NCBI GenBank assembly: GCA_951406725.2
Contig: OX597843.1
Location: 12,772,001 to 12,836,000, forward strand
DNA: 64,000 nt
Source: Octopus vulgaris
Taxonomy: Eukaryota
Reading direction: 5' to 3'
Positions 11,485 to 24,153 of this stretch are shown here, piece by piece. Each line of letters begins with the position of its first letter. The first letter of the stretch is position 1. Both the position numbers and the translations under genes were made by a program. The notes beneath the pieces were generated by a model. That model saw nothing but the letters and a program-made list of their open reading frames with translations. It was not told the origin of the DNA and ran no database searches.

Positions 11485-11616
11485 CGAGAAAGAAGCAACA
11501 AGAATGGATAAGTTTTTAGTACAATCGTTTCATACAAAGACAGGCTTTATTAAAAGTCTGTCTTTGTATGAAACGATTGTACTAAAAACTTATCCAATCT
11601 TGTTGCTTCTTTCTCG
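11485..11616. repeat. Near-perfect palindrome (about 64-bp arms) made of Penelope-like terminal sequence
   Basis: cgagaaagaagcaacaaga...tcttgttgcttctttctcg; the right arm resembles 34728-34780. Confidence 0.85.
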
Positions 11617-11754
11617 CTTATAATCACCCCACATTACTGTATGGTTAAAACCGTATAGTTTTTTGGTGCATCTAAGTTAGGTACCATATTCAAGTAAATT
11701 CATTAAAATTGACTTGAATCTTTATTGCTTTTTGTATATATATATATATATATC

Positions 11755-11997
11755 ACTTTGATCATTTTGACCGACCAGTCCGTCAGGCGTCCATTTGACA
11801 CCGCTGGTCACAGCACGCTGTCCACTCCTCCCTGGATCGCACCTTTCTCATCCATGTGATCCCAATCGTCCTCTTGAAATCGTCATTCCACCGTCGTGGA
11901 GGTCTTCCGGGTGGTCTTTTCCGCTCACGCGGGTACCACTCGACAACTGCGTGCGTCCACCGATTATCGGTGAGCCGGGCGACGTGTCCAGCCCATC
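11755..11997 (-). mobile_element. RTE-clade LINE 3' fragment
   Basis: RWAGHVARLTDNRWT..WYPRERKRPPGRPPRRWNDD is a characteristic RTE ORF C-terminus. Confidence 0.88.
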
Positions 11998-12087
11998 TAT
12001 ATATATAGATATATATATATATATATATATCATAATCGTTCAACATCCTTTTTCAGTGCTGGCGTTGGCTGGACGGTTTGACATGGT

Positions 12088-12618
12088 TGTGTGTGTATGT
12101 GTGTGTGCATATTATAAATGCATGTGTATATGTATGTATGTATCTATCTATCTATGCCTCTTTATCTCTATATATATATAAACACACACATATATGCATA
12201 CTTGTTTGTGTGCATATGTGTGTATATATATATATATATATAAATATATGTATATATATAGATGTGTGTTATGTGTGCATATATGTGAATTTGTGAGTGT
12301 ATATATATGTGCATATATATATATATATTCTTGTGTGCATATATGTGAATTTGTGTGTGTACATATATATGTATATATGTATATATATATATATATGTAT
12401 GTATATATGTCTGTGTGCTTCTGTGCATATATGTAAATTTGTTTGTAAATATATATGTATGCATATGTAAGTATATGTATATATATATGTGTGTGTGTGC
12501 ATTTATGTATACACGTGTGTATAAATGGATAAACGTATGCATGTGTATATGTGTGGGTTTGTACATGTATGTGCACATATGCATGTGTGTGCATATATAT
12601 ACATAAATATATATATTC

Positions 12619-12666
<48 letters not shown>
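12088..12666. repeat. (TA/TG)n low-complexity tract
   Basis: Seen directly. Confidence 0.9.
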
Positions 12667-12668
<2 letters not shown>

Positions 12669-12784
12669 AAACAGTGCCAGACGCCGGTCTCTTTTAAAAG
12701 CTGGCTCTTGTGTGTTTATTATTCATTTGATGAAGAAAATCTCGCAAAACTTGTTTCCTTTGGTTTACAAAATTCTGGACATCT

Positions 12785-13195
12785 CACCACGACCACCACC
12801 ACGACCACCACCACGACCACCATTGCTGCTGCTGCTGTTGCTGCTGCTGTTGTTTCTCGGTGTCTTTCACCACCACCACCACCACCATCACCACTACCAC
12901 ACCTCCTCCACTGCCGCCATCAGCACCATCACCGCCGCTGCCACCACCATCACACCGTCACTGTCACCTCATTATTCCTTCACCTCTAGCATTACCACCG
13001 CTGCGGGCCGCCGCCATGACTGTGGCCTTTCCTATTCCACCACCACCACCACCACGCCACCACCACCACCACCACCATCACCATCGCCCCCACCACCACC
13101 ACCACCACCACCACCATCACCACCGCCCCACCACCACCATCACCACCGCCCCCACCACCACCATCGCCACCACCACCTCCACCACCACCACTGCT
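12785..13195. repeat. (CAC/CCA)n-rich trinucleotide tract
   Basis: Seen directly. Confidence 0.9.
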
Positions 13196-13239
13196 GCAAG
13201 CAAGTTAGTCTACCTCTGCCTCTTACATATCTGCACAGG

Positions 13240-13860
13240 CCCACGCACTCACACATACACGCACTCACACATACACGCCCTCACATATACACACACATGC
13301 ACACACACATATAGGCATCTAAGTACACATACACACACGTCTCTATATATGTACATGTATATACACATACATATATATGCACACACATACATGCATATAT
13401 ACATATACATTCACATATATGTGCATAGACATATATATGTATATGCAAACACATACATGCATATATATACATATATATATATACATTCACATATATGTGC
13501 ATACACACACATATATATATGCACACACATACATGCATATATATATATATACATATATATACATTTATATTCACACATATATATGCATCTAAGTACGCAC
13601 ATATCTATATATGTACATGCATATACACGTATCTATACATATGCACACACATATATGCATATATATATATACATATATGCATACACACATCTATGTATGT
13701 ACATATATATATACACGCACACATATACATGCACTCACACATATACACATATATATATATATATAAATGCATACTCATTACTATGCATATGCACACACGT
13801 ATATATATATATGCACACACGCACTAGCATGCGTGCGTGTATATATATATATATGTGCGT
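13240..13860. repeat. (CA/TA)n low-complexity tract
   Basis: Seen directly. Confidence 0.9.
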
Positions 13861-13921
13861 ATACACCTCAACCAGTTGCACCCACTGCCACAACCACTAT
13901 CACTCACCTATCACCCCCTCA

Positions 13922-13994
13922 TACCACTACTACTACAACTACTACCACTACCACCACTACTACTACTACTACAACTACTACTACTACAACCACC

Positions 13995-14035
<41 letters not shown>

Positions 14036-14077
14036 AACTACTACTACAACTACTACTACTACTACCACCACCACCAA

Positions 14078-14116
<39 letters not shown>

Positions 14117-14230
14117 CACCACCACGACCACCACCACTACTACCACCACCACCATCACTACTACTATTATTACTTCTACTACTACAACTACTACAACCAC
14201 CACCACTACTACTACTACTACTACACCATC
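13922..14230. repeat. (CTA)n/(CAC)n trinucleotide tract
   Basis: Seen directly. Confidence 0.95.
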
Positions 14231-14593
14231 ATCCCCTCTTAACACTCTTCCTCCTCTTCCTGCTCCTCCCACCTCCTCCTGGATCCTCTACAGTACCTAC
14301 GGTACCATTCTGCAGTTAATTGTTAGCAGCTGGTTCGCCCCCACCCCTCCCCGAGCCCTCTCCTTCACCCCTGCTCCCTCCCCCTCCCCCGCTCCTCCGC
14401 CTAGCTAATTAGTCTCTTCCGTGTATGTTATATATGTGGCGGCGGCGGCGGTGGTGGTTTTGGTAATGGGGGGGGCGATGTGTTGAGGGGTTACAGATGC
14501 TTATCTGATATAAGAAGAATTGAGGGTGTGTGGGTGGAGGTGGGGGAAGAAGGGAGGGGGAGTAAGGTGACTGTGAGGAAGTAGCTGAGACCC

Positions 14594-14990
14594 TGGTGGT
14601 GGTGGTTGTGGTGATGGTGGTTGTGGTGGTGGTGGTGGTTGTGGTGGTGGTGTTGATGTTTTTGATGGTGGTTGTGGTGATGGTGGTGGTGGTGGTTGTG
14701 GTGATAGTGGTGGTGTTGATGGTGGTTGTGGTGATGGTGGTAGTGGTGGTGGTGGTGGTTGTGGTGGTGGTGTTGATGTTTTTGATGGTGGTTGTGGTGG
14801 TGGTGGTGGTGGTGGTTGTGGTGGTGGTGTTGATGGTGGTGATGGTGGTTGTGGTGGTGGTGGTTGTGGTGGTGTTGATGGTGTTGGTGGCGGTGATGGT
14901 GGTTGTGGTGATGGTGGTGGTGTTGATGTTTTTGATGTTGGTGGTGGTGGTGGTGATGGTGGTTGTGGTTGTGGTGGTGGCTGTGGTGTT
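14594..14990. repeat. (GGT)n-rich tract with an internal about 120-bp duplication
   Basis: gtgttgatgtttttgatg recurs at about 14650, 14770 and 14920. Confidence 0.9.
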
Positions 14991-15211
14991 GTATTCTGTC
15001 TTGGAATGTAATAATTGTCGGTGGGGGGGTTTGTCGGATGGCCTTGTGGTATTTTAGCTTCCGGCTCTTGGCTCTTTTTCTACGTTCTGGGTTCAAATTC
15101 CGCCAAGGTCAACTCTGCCTTTTGTCCTTCCGGGGTTGATGAAATAAGAACTAGTTAGGGTGTCAGTGTAACTGACTAACCTGCTACCCCAGACCTACTT
15201 AAGCTACAAAC

Positions 15212-15650
15212 TCTTCTTCTGTTTCTTTTTCCATTTCTTCTTCTTCTTTTTTTTTACTTCTTTTTCTTTTTCATCATCATCTTCCAATTCTTCTCCGCCT
15301 CCTCCTCCTTCTCCTTCTTCTTCTTCTCCTCCTTCTTCTTCTTCTTCTTCTTCTTCTCCTTCTTCTTTTTCTTCTTCTTCTTTTTCTTCTTTTTCTTCTT
15401 TTTCTTTTTCATCATCATCATCTTCTTCCAATTCTTCTCCTTCTCCGCCTCCTCCCCCCTCCCCCTCCTGTTTCTTCTTCTTTTTCTTCATCATCTTCCG
15501 ATTCAACTCCTTCTCTCCTCCTCCTTTTTCTTTTTCTTCATCATCTTCTTCCAATTCAACTCCTTCTCCAACTCCTGCCCCTCCTCCTCCTCCTCCTCCT
15601 TCTTCTTCTTCTTCTTCTTATTATTATTATTATCATTATTATTATTATTA
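15212..15650. repeat. (CTT/CCT/TCA)n pyrimidine tract then (TTA)n
   Basis: Seen directly. Confidence 0.9.
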
Positions 15651-16296
15651 TGAAGGTGGCAAGTGTAACTGTTAGTTATTTAATCGACTCCGAAAGAATG
15701 AAAGACAAAGTCGACCTGGAACTTGAACTCAAAAACTTAGTTCCTCGTTACCTTATCATCATCATCATCGTTGTTGTTGTTGTTGTTGTCGTCGTCTAAT
15801 GTGTTTGTGTATGCATAAATGTATGGACGTCCAGGTATGTATGTGTATGTGCATCTATATATACATGTATGTGTATGCATCTATATATATATGTATGTGT
15901 ACGCATAAGTATGTGTGTGTATGTATATATGTATGTATGCATAAATGTGCATATATGCATGTATGTATACATGAATGTGTATGTATAAATGTATGTGTGT
16001 GTGTATGTATGGATGCCCATGTATATATGTGTATGCATAAATGTGTTTGCATCTATATATACATGTATGTGTGTGTATAAATACGTATGTATGTATGGAT
16101 CTCCATGTATGTATATATGTATATGCATGCATAAATATGTGTGTATGTATGTATATATGTATAAATGTGTATGTATGCATGTATGTATGTGTATGTATAA
16201 ATATGTGTGTGTATGTATGGATGCACAAGTTGTGTGTCCCTTTATGAATACATGTATGCATGGATGTCCATGTGTGTGTGTATATATATATATATA

Positions 16297-16346
<50 letters not shown>

Positions 16347-16382
16347 TGTGTGTGTCCACGTATATATCCATGTATGTGTATA

Positions 16383-16616
16383 TTTATTTCTTTACTACCC
16401 ACAAGGGGCTAAACACAGGGGACAAACCAGGACAGACAAATGGATTAAGTCGATTACATCGACCCCAGTGCGTAACTGGTACTTAATTTATTGACCCCTG
16501 AAAGGATGAAAGGCAAAGTCGACCTCGGCGGAATTTGAACTCGTAACGTAACGACAGACGAAATAGGGCTACGCATTTCGCCCAGCATGCTAACGTTTCT
16601 GCCAGCTCGCCGCTGC
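16383..16616 (-). mobile_element. SINE family B
   Basis: Minus strand ggcgagctggcagaaacgttagca...gagttcaaattccgccgaggtcgactttgcctttcatcctttc.ggggtc.ataaattaagtaccag; other copies at 17908, 42229 and 59669. Confidence 0.8.
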
Positions 16617-17435
16617 CTTTTATGTATGTGTATATTTAAATGCATGTGTGTGTGTATACATGTATGTATGGATGTCCATGTATGAAGAAGAGCATAGACT
16701 CGAAATGTCAAAGACTTCTAGTTATCCTCAGTGTCAAACGAACACACCCTGTTTGTTATTCCTTCACCTGTCTGTCTTTGTACAATTTTGAACCATACAA
16801 ATATGTACTCCTTCTCAGTGTGTGTGTGTGTGTGTGTGATAAAATTCCCTCTCTGCCTCTGTTTTTTCTCTCCCCATACCATTCAGTGCCAGTTTGTGAC
16901 ATCACACCCCGGCTACAGTGTCTCTAATTTTAATGATCTTGTGTGTGTGTATACATATGTGTATGTATATATGTATGTGTATGCATATGTGTGCATGCAT
17001 AACTGTGTGTGTGTGTATGTATGGATGGATGTCTGTATATATCATTATCATCCAATGTTTTAAGTCTGGGTGTTGTCCCCATAAACGGGGGTGGCCGGAT
17101 CTACCTCAATGCCATAACAACTGAGGTCAGCAGGTGCAGCCCACCCCAACCTTTGGGCTGGCTGGCTGGTTCCCATTCTCCTTTGCTATCATGAGGCTTT
17201 TCAGAGCTGGGTTTTCTACGGGAAGGATGCCCTTGCTTATCCCCCAACCTCAGTTTCTAGACACGAGTGGTCCCAAGACAAAGGCCTCTACCACAATTTT
17301 TAGGGCCACATCTCATCTTTTTCTTTTTTTTCTCCTCTCTCTTACTGTTGTATACTTTTCTCTTTCTTTTTTAATCATTCCATTGTATACAAACCCCCAT
17401 ACTTTGTTTTTGTATAGTTCCCTTCATCCTTCCCC

Positions 17436-17839
17436 TTTTACTCTTTTACTTGTTTCAGTCATTTGACTGTGGCCATGCTGGAGCACCGCCTTTAATCGAG
17501 CAACTCGACCCCAGGACTTATTATTTCTAAGCCCAGTACTTATTCTATCGGTCTCTTTTGCTGAACCGCTAAGTGACGGGGACATAAACATACCAGCATC
17601 GGTTGTCAAGCGATGCTAGGAGGACAAACACAGACACACAAACACACACATACATATACATATATATACATATATATGACAGGCTTCTTTCGGTTTCCGT
17701 CTGCCAAATCCACTCACAAGGCTTTGGTCGGCCCGAGGCTATAGTAGAAGACACTTGCCCAAGGTGCCACGCAGTGGGACTGAACTCGGAACCATGTGGT
17801 TGGTAAACAAGCTACTTACCACACAGCCACTCCTGCGCC
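17436..17839 (-). mobile_element. SINE family A, full length
   Basis: Family A sequence. Confidence 0.9.
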
Positions 17840-17874
17840 TTGGTCAAAAATAAAAGAAATCATCATCATCATCA

Positions 17875-17905
<31 letters not shown>

Positions 17906-17907
17906 TT

Positions 17908-18122
17908 AAGGCAGCGCGCTGGCAGAATTGTGAGGATGGTGGATGAAATGCTGAGCGGTATTTCGGTCATGGCTACATTCAGAGTTCAAATTCCACTGAG
18001 GTCGACTTTATCTTTCATCCTTTCACAGTCAATAAATTAAGTACCAGTTGAGTACTGGGGTCGATATTATCGACTAATACCCTTCCCCACAAATTTCAGG
18101 CCTTGTGCCAATAATAGAAAGG
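17908..18122 (+). mobile_element. SINE family B, flanked by (TTA)n
   Basis: Same body as 16383-16616 with a different tail. Confidence 0.75.
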
Positions 18123-18137
18123 ATTATTATTATTATT

Positions 18138-18975
18138 GAGTGAGAGAGCAGTGCATGCCATCAAAGCGACACTGGGGTAAAATATATGAAGCCCAGTGTA
18201 CCTACCCATCATGACTATCCATCTGATAAGGGTACACCAGGCACATGCATCACAACCATATGTGTGCGACATGGTGATCTCATATCAAGATAAACAGCAC
18301 ATGACCTTGCAGGTGGGGCCTAGTTAGAATTTTCTTCTGGTTGAGTAGCCCATCCTGCTCAAAAGATCCCTGAATAAGGGTGGTTTAAGGATGTTGAACG
18401 AAACACCCATGTTTCCAGGGGTGAATTATCCAAACCTCTAAGAAGCCCTCTCAACACATGGCTATGATGCTCCCCCACTACTTCTGCTCGTGATCAGAGA
18501 TGCACATATCATCAGCCACTAAGGGACATGCTCAACTGGTCAAGGTCAAACAACTGATAAGCAAATCTGTGGTATTGAGCAGAATATTTGCTGTAGCCCA
18601 TCTTTTATACCAAGACAAAACAATGTACATGATAACACTTCCAATCAGTTAAGATCAGGAGCCATGAGAGCCACTGCCTGGTACTGCATCAGGGCATTAG
18701 CAAATCTGTGGTATTGAGCAGAATATTTTCTGTAGCCCATCTTTTATACCAAGACAAAACAATGCACATGATAACACTTCCAGTCAGTTAAGATCAGGAG
18801 CCATGAGAGCCACTGCCTGGTACTGCATCAGGGCATTAGCAAATCTGTGGTATTGAGCAGAATATTTGCTGTAGCCCATCTTTTATACCAAGACAAAACA
18901 ATGTACATGATAACACTTCCAATCAGTTAAGACCAGAAGCCATGAGAGCCACTGTCTGGTACTGCATCAGGGCAT
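18138..18975 (-). mobile_element. Noncoding interspersed element in (TAA)n with a 3x 139-bp terminal array (18560-18975)
   Basis: About 420-bp body closely matching 58278-58682; units start at 18560, 18699 and 18838; strand inferred from the (TAA)n tail. Confidence 0.8.
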
Positions 18976-19114
18976 GGATCCCTGAATAAGGATTGTTTAA
19001 GGATGTTGAAACCCATGTTTCCAAGAGTGTATTATTATTATTTTTTTTTGCTAAACCCTTTTTCGCCTTGTGTTGTTGTTTAATGTTTTGATTTATATTA
19101 GCCCTTGTGGCCAA

Positions 19115-19555
19115 CTTCCATGCCATTGGCACTTAAAAGGCACCATTCGAGTGTGATCGTTACCAGCGTCACCTTACCGGCACTTATGTCCATGCTAGTA
19201 GGGTGCCAAGAGCACCATCCGAGTGCGATCGTTGCCAGAGCGGCTAACTGGCTTCCGTGCATGTAAAAGGCACCATTGTGATTGTTACCAGCGTTGCCTT
19301 ACTGGCACCTGTGTCGGTGGCACGTGTAAAAGGATTCGAGCGAGGTCGTTGCCAGCACCGCCTGTCTGGCCCCCGTACTGGTGGCACATAAAAGCACACA
19401 CTACACTCTTGGAGTGGTTGGCATTAGGAAGGGCATCCAGCTGTAGAAACTCTGCCAGATCAAGATTGGAGCCTGGTGCAGCCATCTGGTTTGCCAGTCC
19501 TCAGTCAAAATCGTCCAACCCATGCTAGCATGGAAAGCGGATGTTAAACGATGAT
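19115..19555 (+). mobile_element. RTE 3'UTR-like family C element with internal aaaaggcaccattcgag repeats
   Basis: Matches 54790-55050. Confidence 0.75.
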
Positions 19556-19691
19556 TATTTTCGTTGTTATCCTGCTTTTGTACACGGACCTTTTTCAAAC
19601 GGACAAAACCCTTTGTAGCTTTCGTCCTGTGTTTTGTCCCTTTATGTTTTCCAATCATATTTGTCAGCCCTTGTGGCCAATAAACGAATTC

Positions 19692-20123
19692 TTTACTCTT
19701 TCTCTTTTACTCTTTTTACTCTTTTACTTGTTTCAGTCATTTGACTGCGGCCATGCTGGAGCACCGCCTTTACTCGAGCAAATCGACCCCGGGACTTATT
19801 CTTTGTAAGCCCAGTACTTATTCTTTGTAAGCCCAGTACTTATTCTATCGGTCTCTTTTGCCGAACCGCTAAGTGTAGGGGACGTAAACACACCAGCATC
19901 GGTTGTCAAGCAATGCTAGGGGGACAAACACACACATACATACACATATATACATATATACGACAGGCTTCTTTCAGTTTCCGTCTACCAAATCCACTCA
20001 CAAGGCATTGGTCGGCCCTGGGCTATAGCAGAAGACACTTGCCCAAGATGCCATGCAGTGGGACTGAACCCGGAACCATGTGGTTGGTAAACAAGCTACT
20101 TACCACACAGCCACTCCTGCGCC
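19692..20123 (-). mobile_element. SINE family A, full length, with a 22-bp internal duplication
   Basis: ttattctttgtaagcccagtac occurs twice. Confidence 0.9.
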
Positions 20124-20138
20124 TATTATTATTTATTA

Positions 20139-20174
<36 letters not shown>

Positions 20175-20689
20175 GTTATTATTATTATTATTCTCTCTGT
20201 CTGTCTATCTGTCTTGTCTGACTGTGTGTCTCTCTGTTCACCTGTCTGGCTGGATCAGAAGGGTGCAGAAGTTCAGAGGAAAAAATTATTCATATGTTAG
20301 TTTTGTCCCTCTCCACACCACTCCCTCCGTGCCCCCCCCCCCCCAACAGCTACTCTCAGGTGAGATGGTGTGAGAGGCAGTATTGTACAAGGAACTCTCT
20401 GTCTGCTCTGTGTGTTTGTGTGTGTGTGTGTGTGTGGTGGGGTCCATCAAAGTAATGACCTGTGTGTGTGTATGTAAAAATATTCATTATATGAATGCTA
20501 AAAAATGACTGGAGGGTGAGGATGGGGTTAAAATAAATAAATAAATAAATAAATGTATACACCTGTAAAATAAACATGTGCTCACCCCATCTATCCACCT
20601 CTATGATCAGCAGGTGAGCCTCTGTGTGGTCTCTGGAGCAGCTAGAAATGGTAGCTGAATTCCCTCACATCATACCTCAGCTTTGAAAT

Positions 20690-21900
20690 AGAAAGGACAC
20701 ATTAGATGATGTAGTCCTAGATACACTAAGTCTGGATTAAAGACAGGATGGTCACTTCTGGAACATCTTTTATCATAGGTCTGCTCGATCAGGATTGACC
20801 TGGGGCTAAACAATAAGGAAGGAAGGACATGTTAAATAATGTAGCCCTAGATACTCTAAGTCTAGATAAAAGACAGGATGGTCACATCTGGAACATCTTT
20901 TATCATAGGTCTGCTGGATCTGGATTGACCTCGGGCTAAACAACAACAAGAAGGAAGGATATGTTAAATAATGTAGCCCTAGATACACTATGCCTGAATA
21001 AAGGACAGGATGGTCACATCTGGAACAGTCTTGATCATAGGTCTGCTGGATCATGACTGGCCTAAGGCTAAACAAAAACAAGGAGGGACACATTAGATAA
21101 TGTAGTCCTAGATACATTGTGTCTGAATAGAAGACAGGATGGTCATGGCTGGAGCAGCTTAATCATAAGTTTGCTCAATCATGATTGACCTGTGACAATA
21201 ACAAGGAAGTAAACATTATAAAACATATTCCTAGATACACTATGTCTGAATAAAAGACAGGATGGTCACATCTGGAACAGTCTTGATCATAGGTCTGCTG
21301 GATCATGACTGACTACACAACAAGGAAGGACACATTAGATAATGTAGTCCTAGATACACTTTGCATGAATAAAAGACAGGATGGTCACAGCTGGAACAGC
21401 TTTGATCATAAGTCCACTGGATCAGGACTGACCAGGGGCTAAACAACAAGGAAGGACACATTAGATAATGTAGTCCTAGGTGCATTATGCCTGAATAAAA
21501 GACAGGATGGTCACAGCTGGAACAGCATTGATCATGAGTCCACTGGATCAGGACTGACCAGGGGCTAAACAAAAAGGAAGGACACACTAGATAATGTAGT
21601 CCTAGGTACACCATGTCTGAATAAAAGACAGGATGGTCACAGCTGGAACAACTTTGATCATAAGTCCACTGGATCAGGACTGACCAGGGGCTAAACAAGA
21701 AGGAAGGACACATTAGATAATGTAGTCCTAGGTACACCATGTCTGAATAAAAGACATGGTGGCCACAGCTGGAACACTTTTGACTGTAGGTAAGTTGAAA
21801 CAGGACTGACCTAGGGCTAAACAGCAGCAACAAGGAAGGACACATTAGATAATGTAGGCCTAGGTATATTATGCTCGAATAAAAGACAGGATGGTCACAG
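20690..21900 (+). repeat. Tandem array, about 10 diverged units of about 120-132 bp
   Basis: ggacacattagataatgtagtcctag...aagacaggatggtcaca.ctggaaca...ggggctaaacaacaaggaa repeated. Confidence 0.9.
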
Positions 21901-22084
21901 ATGGATTACATTACAGGTCAGGCCTACATACAGATGACTTAATTTTAATCTCTGGTTACTCCTGACTTCAAAATGTCTTTCACACTTCACTGGTTTATCT
22001 TCATCATGTATCATTGTACGTGTGTATTTGTGTATTATATATATATATATGTGTGTGCGTGTGTATTTATATATGTGCTTATAT

Positions 22085-22249
22085 GTGTGGTAAGTAGCTT
22101 GCTTACCAACCACATGGTTCCAGGTTCAGTCCCACTGCGTGTCACCTTGGGTAAGTGTCTTCTACTTTAGCCTCGGGCCGACCAAAGCCTTGTGAGTGGA
22201 TTTGGTAGATGGAAACTGAAAGAAGCCCGTCGTATATATGCATATATAA

Positions 22250-22290
<41 letters not shown>

Positions 22291-22522
22291 GGTGTGCATA
22301 TGTTTGTGTGTATATGTTTGTTCCCCCCTCCCCAACATCGTTTGACAACCGATGCTGGTGTGTTTACGTCCCTGTAACTTAGCGGTTCAGCAAAAGAGAT
22401 CGATAGAATAAGTACTAGGCATACAAAGAATAAGTCCTGGGGTCGATTTGCTCGACTAAAGGTGGTGCTCCAGCATGGCCGCAGTCAAATGACTGAAAAA
22501 AGTAAAAGAGAGTAAAAAGAGA
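22085..22522 (+). mobile_element. SINE family A
   Basis: Family A sequence. Confidence 0.88.
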
Positions 22523-22529
22523 GTATACT

Positions 22530-23452
22530 CCCTCTTTACTCTTTTACTTGTTTCAATCATTTGACTGTGTCCATGCTGGAGCACCGCCTTTACTTGAGGA
22601 AATCGACCCAGGACTTATTCTTTGTAAGCCTAGTACTTATTCTGTTGGTCTCTTTTTGCCAAACTGCTAAGTTACAGGGATGTAAACACACCAGAATCAG
22701 TTCTCAAGCGATGTTGGGGGGACAAACACAGACACACAAACACATACACACATATATATATATACATATATATACATATATATAAGACTTTTGTTAGCCG
22801 CTCTCCAGCCATCTATTTAAAACTGTATACAGCTATGGTACGACCACACTTGGAATTCGCATCATCAGTTTGGAATCCCTATCTTGCACAGAACATTGAC
22901 CTCCTGGAATCTGTCCAGAGACGTGCAACCAAACGCATACCCTCCATCAGACACCTACCATATTCTGAGCGCCTTGTTTCCCTGGGCATGGATTCACTGA
23001 AGCTCCGGCGTCTGGCGACGGACTTGGTAAACACCCACAAGGTTATCAACCACCTCACCAACAACAACACTGAACATCTTTTTGATCTCCATGTGTCCAA
23101 CACACGTGGACATGCCTACAAAGTCAGAAAACAGCACAGCTCCCTTGACTTTCGGAAACATTTTTTCACGCTCAGGGTTGCTGAAGCGTGGAATAAACTG
23201 CCTGCGTCAGTTGTTGACTGCCATGACACTGCATCCTTTAAGGCCCTCATGCTTTCCGAAATCCGTCGAAACTACACCTGATTATATATACACTTTAGAT
23301 GAGTTGTAGTGCACCTGAGCACTGTACACAATTATTATTATTATTATTATTATTATATACGACAGGCTTCTTTCAGTTTCTGTCTTCTAAATCCACTCAC
23401 AAGGCTTTGGTGGATCCAAGGGTACAGAAGAAGACACACCTGGCCAAGGTGA
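22530..23452 (-). mobile_element. SINE family A split by a CR1 insertion (pieces 22530-22783 and 23356-23452)
   Basis: Tail half and head half resume on either side of the CR1 at the internal (TA)n. Confidence 0.8.
22784..23355 (+). mobile_element. CR1-clade LINE 3' fragment (family 2), intact frame, (ATT)n tail
   Basis: LYTAMVRPHLEFASSVWNPY..LESVQRRATK..YSERL..TRGH..FFTLRVAEAWNKLP. Confidence 0.92.
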
Positions 23453-23838
23453 CACAGCTATGTCATATGTATATACATACATATATATATATGTATACAT
23501 ACATGTGTGTCTATTATCTTAATGTAAAAATTATGTACACAGTAAAACGGTATTTGTCATCTTGAAGTATTTCAGAGTGTGTATGTATATATTTTTATAA
23601 TATATATATATATATGTGTGAGTGAGTGAGTGTGTGTGTGTGTGTGTGTGCAGGTAGATCTGAGATTGTGATATCAGGAAAGGTGTGTCTTTTTTTTTTT
23701 TTATGCCCCGCTTGTCTTAGTAAGTAGGTTATTTCCATTACTATTACTACTGTACCACCGGGCACATCGGCACCATCACAACCACCACCACCACTGCTAC
23801 CACCACCATCACCGCCTCCACCTGTCACATACTACTAT

Positions 23839-23869
<31 letters not shown>

Positions 23870-24099
23870 TCAGGTGTGTTGTTTGTGATGTGTGTTAGTG
23901 AACTGCCGCTGCCCATGTGTGGTGGAGCACAGGTGTCTTGAAGGGTTATATGTGTATACCTATGTGGTACAACAACTTAGGTCCCTGCTGAAACGCACAG
24001 ACAGACTTCGGACAGCATGACACAAGGTACTTTAAATATTTGTTTTTTTTTTTTGTTTTGTTCTGGTGTATGTATATGTGGGAATGTATGTAAGTGTAT

Positions 24100-24118
24100 G
24101 TGTGTATATATGTATGTC

Positions 24119-24153
<35 letters not shown>

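Noticed and set aside
12860-14408. Thr/His/Pro-rich mucin-like ORFs
   Set aside because: Translations of trinucleotide and dinucleotide microsatellites
21303-21845. 180-aa repetitive ORF
   Set aside because: Antisense reading of the about 126-bp tandem array
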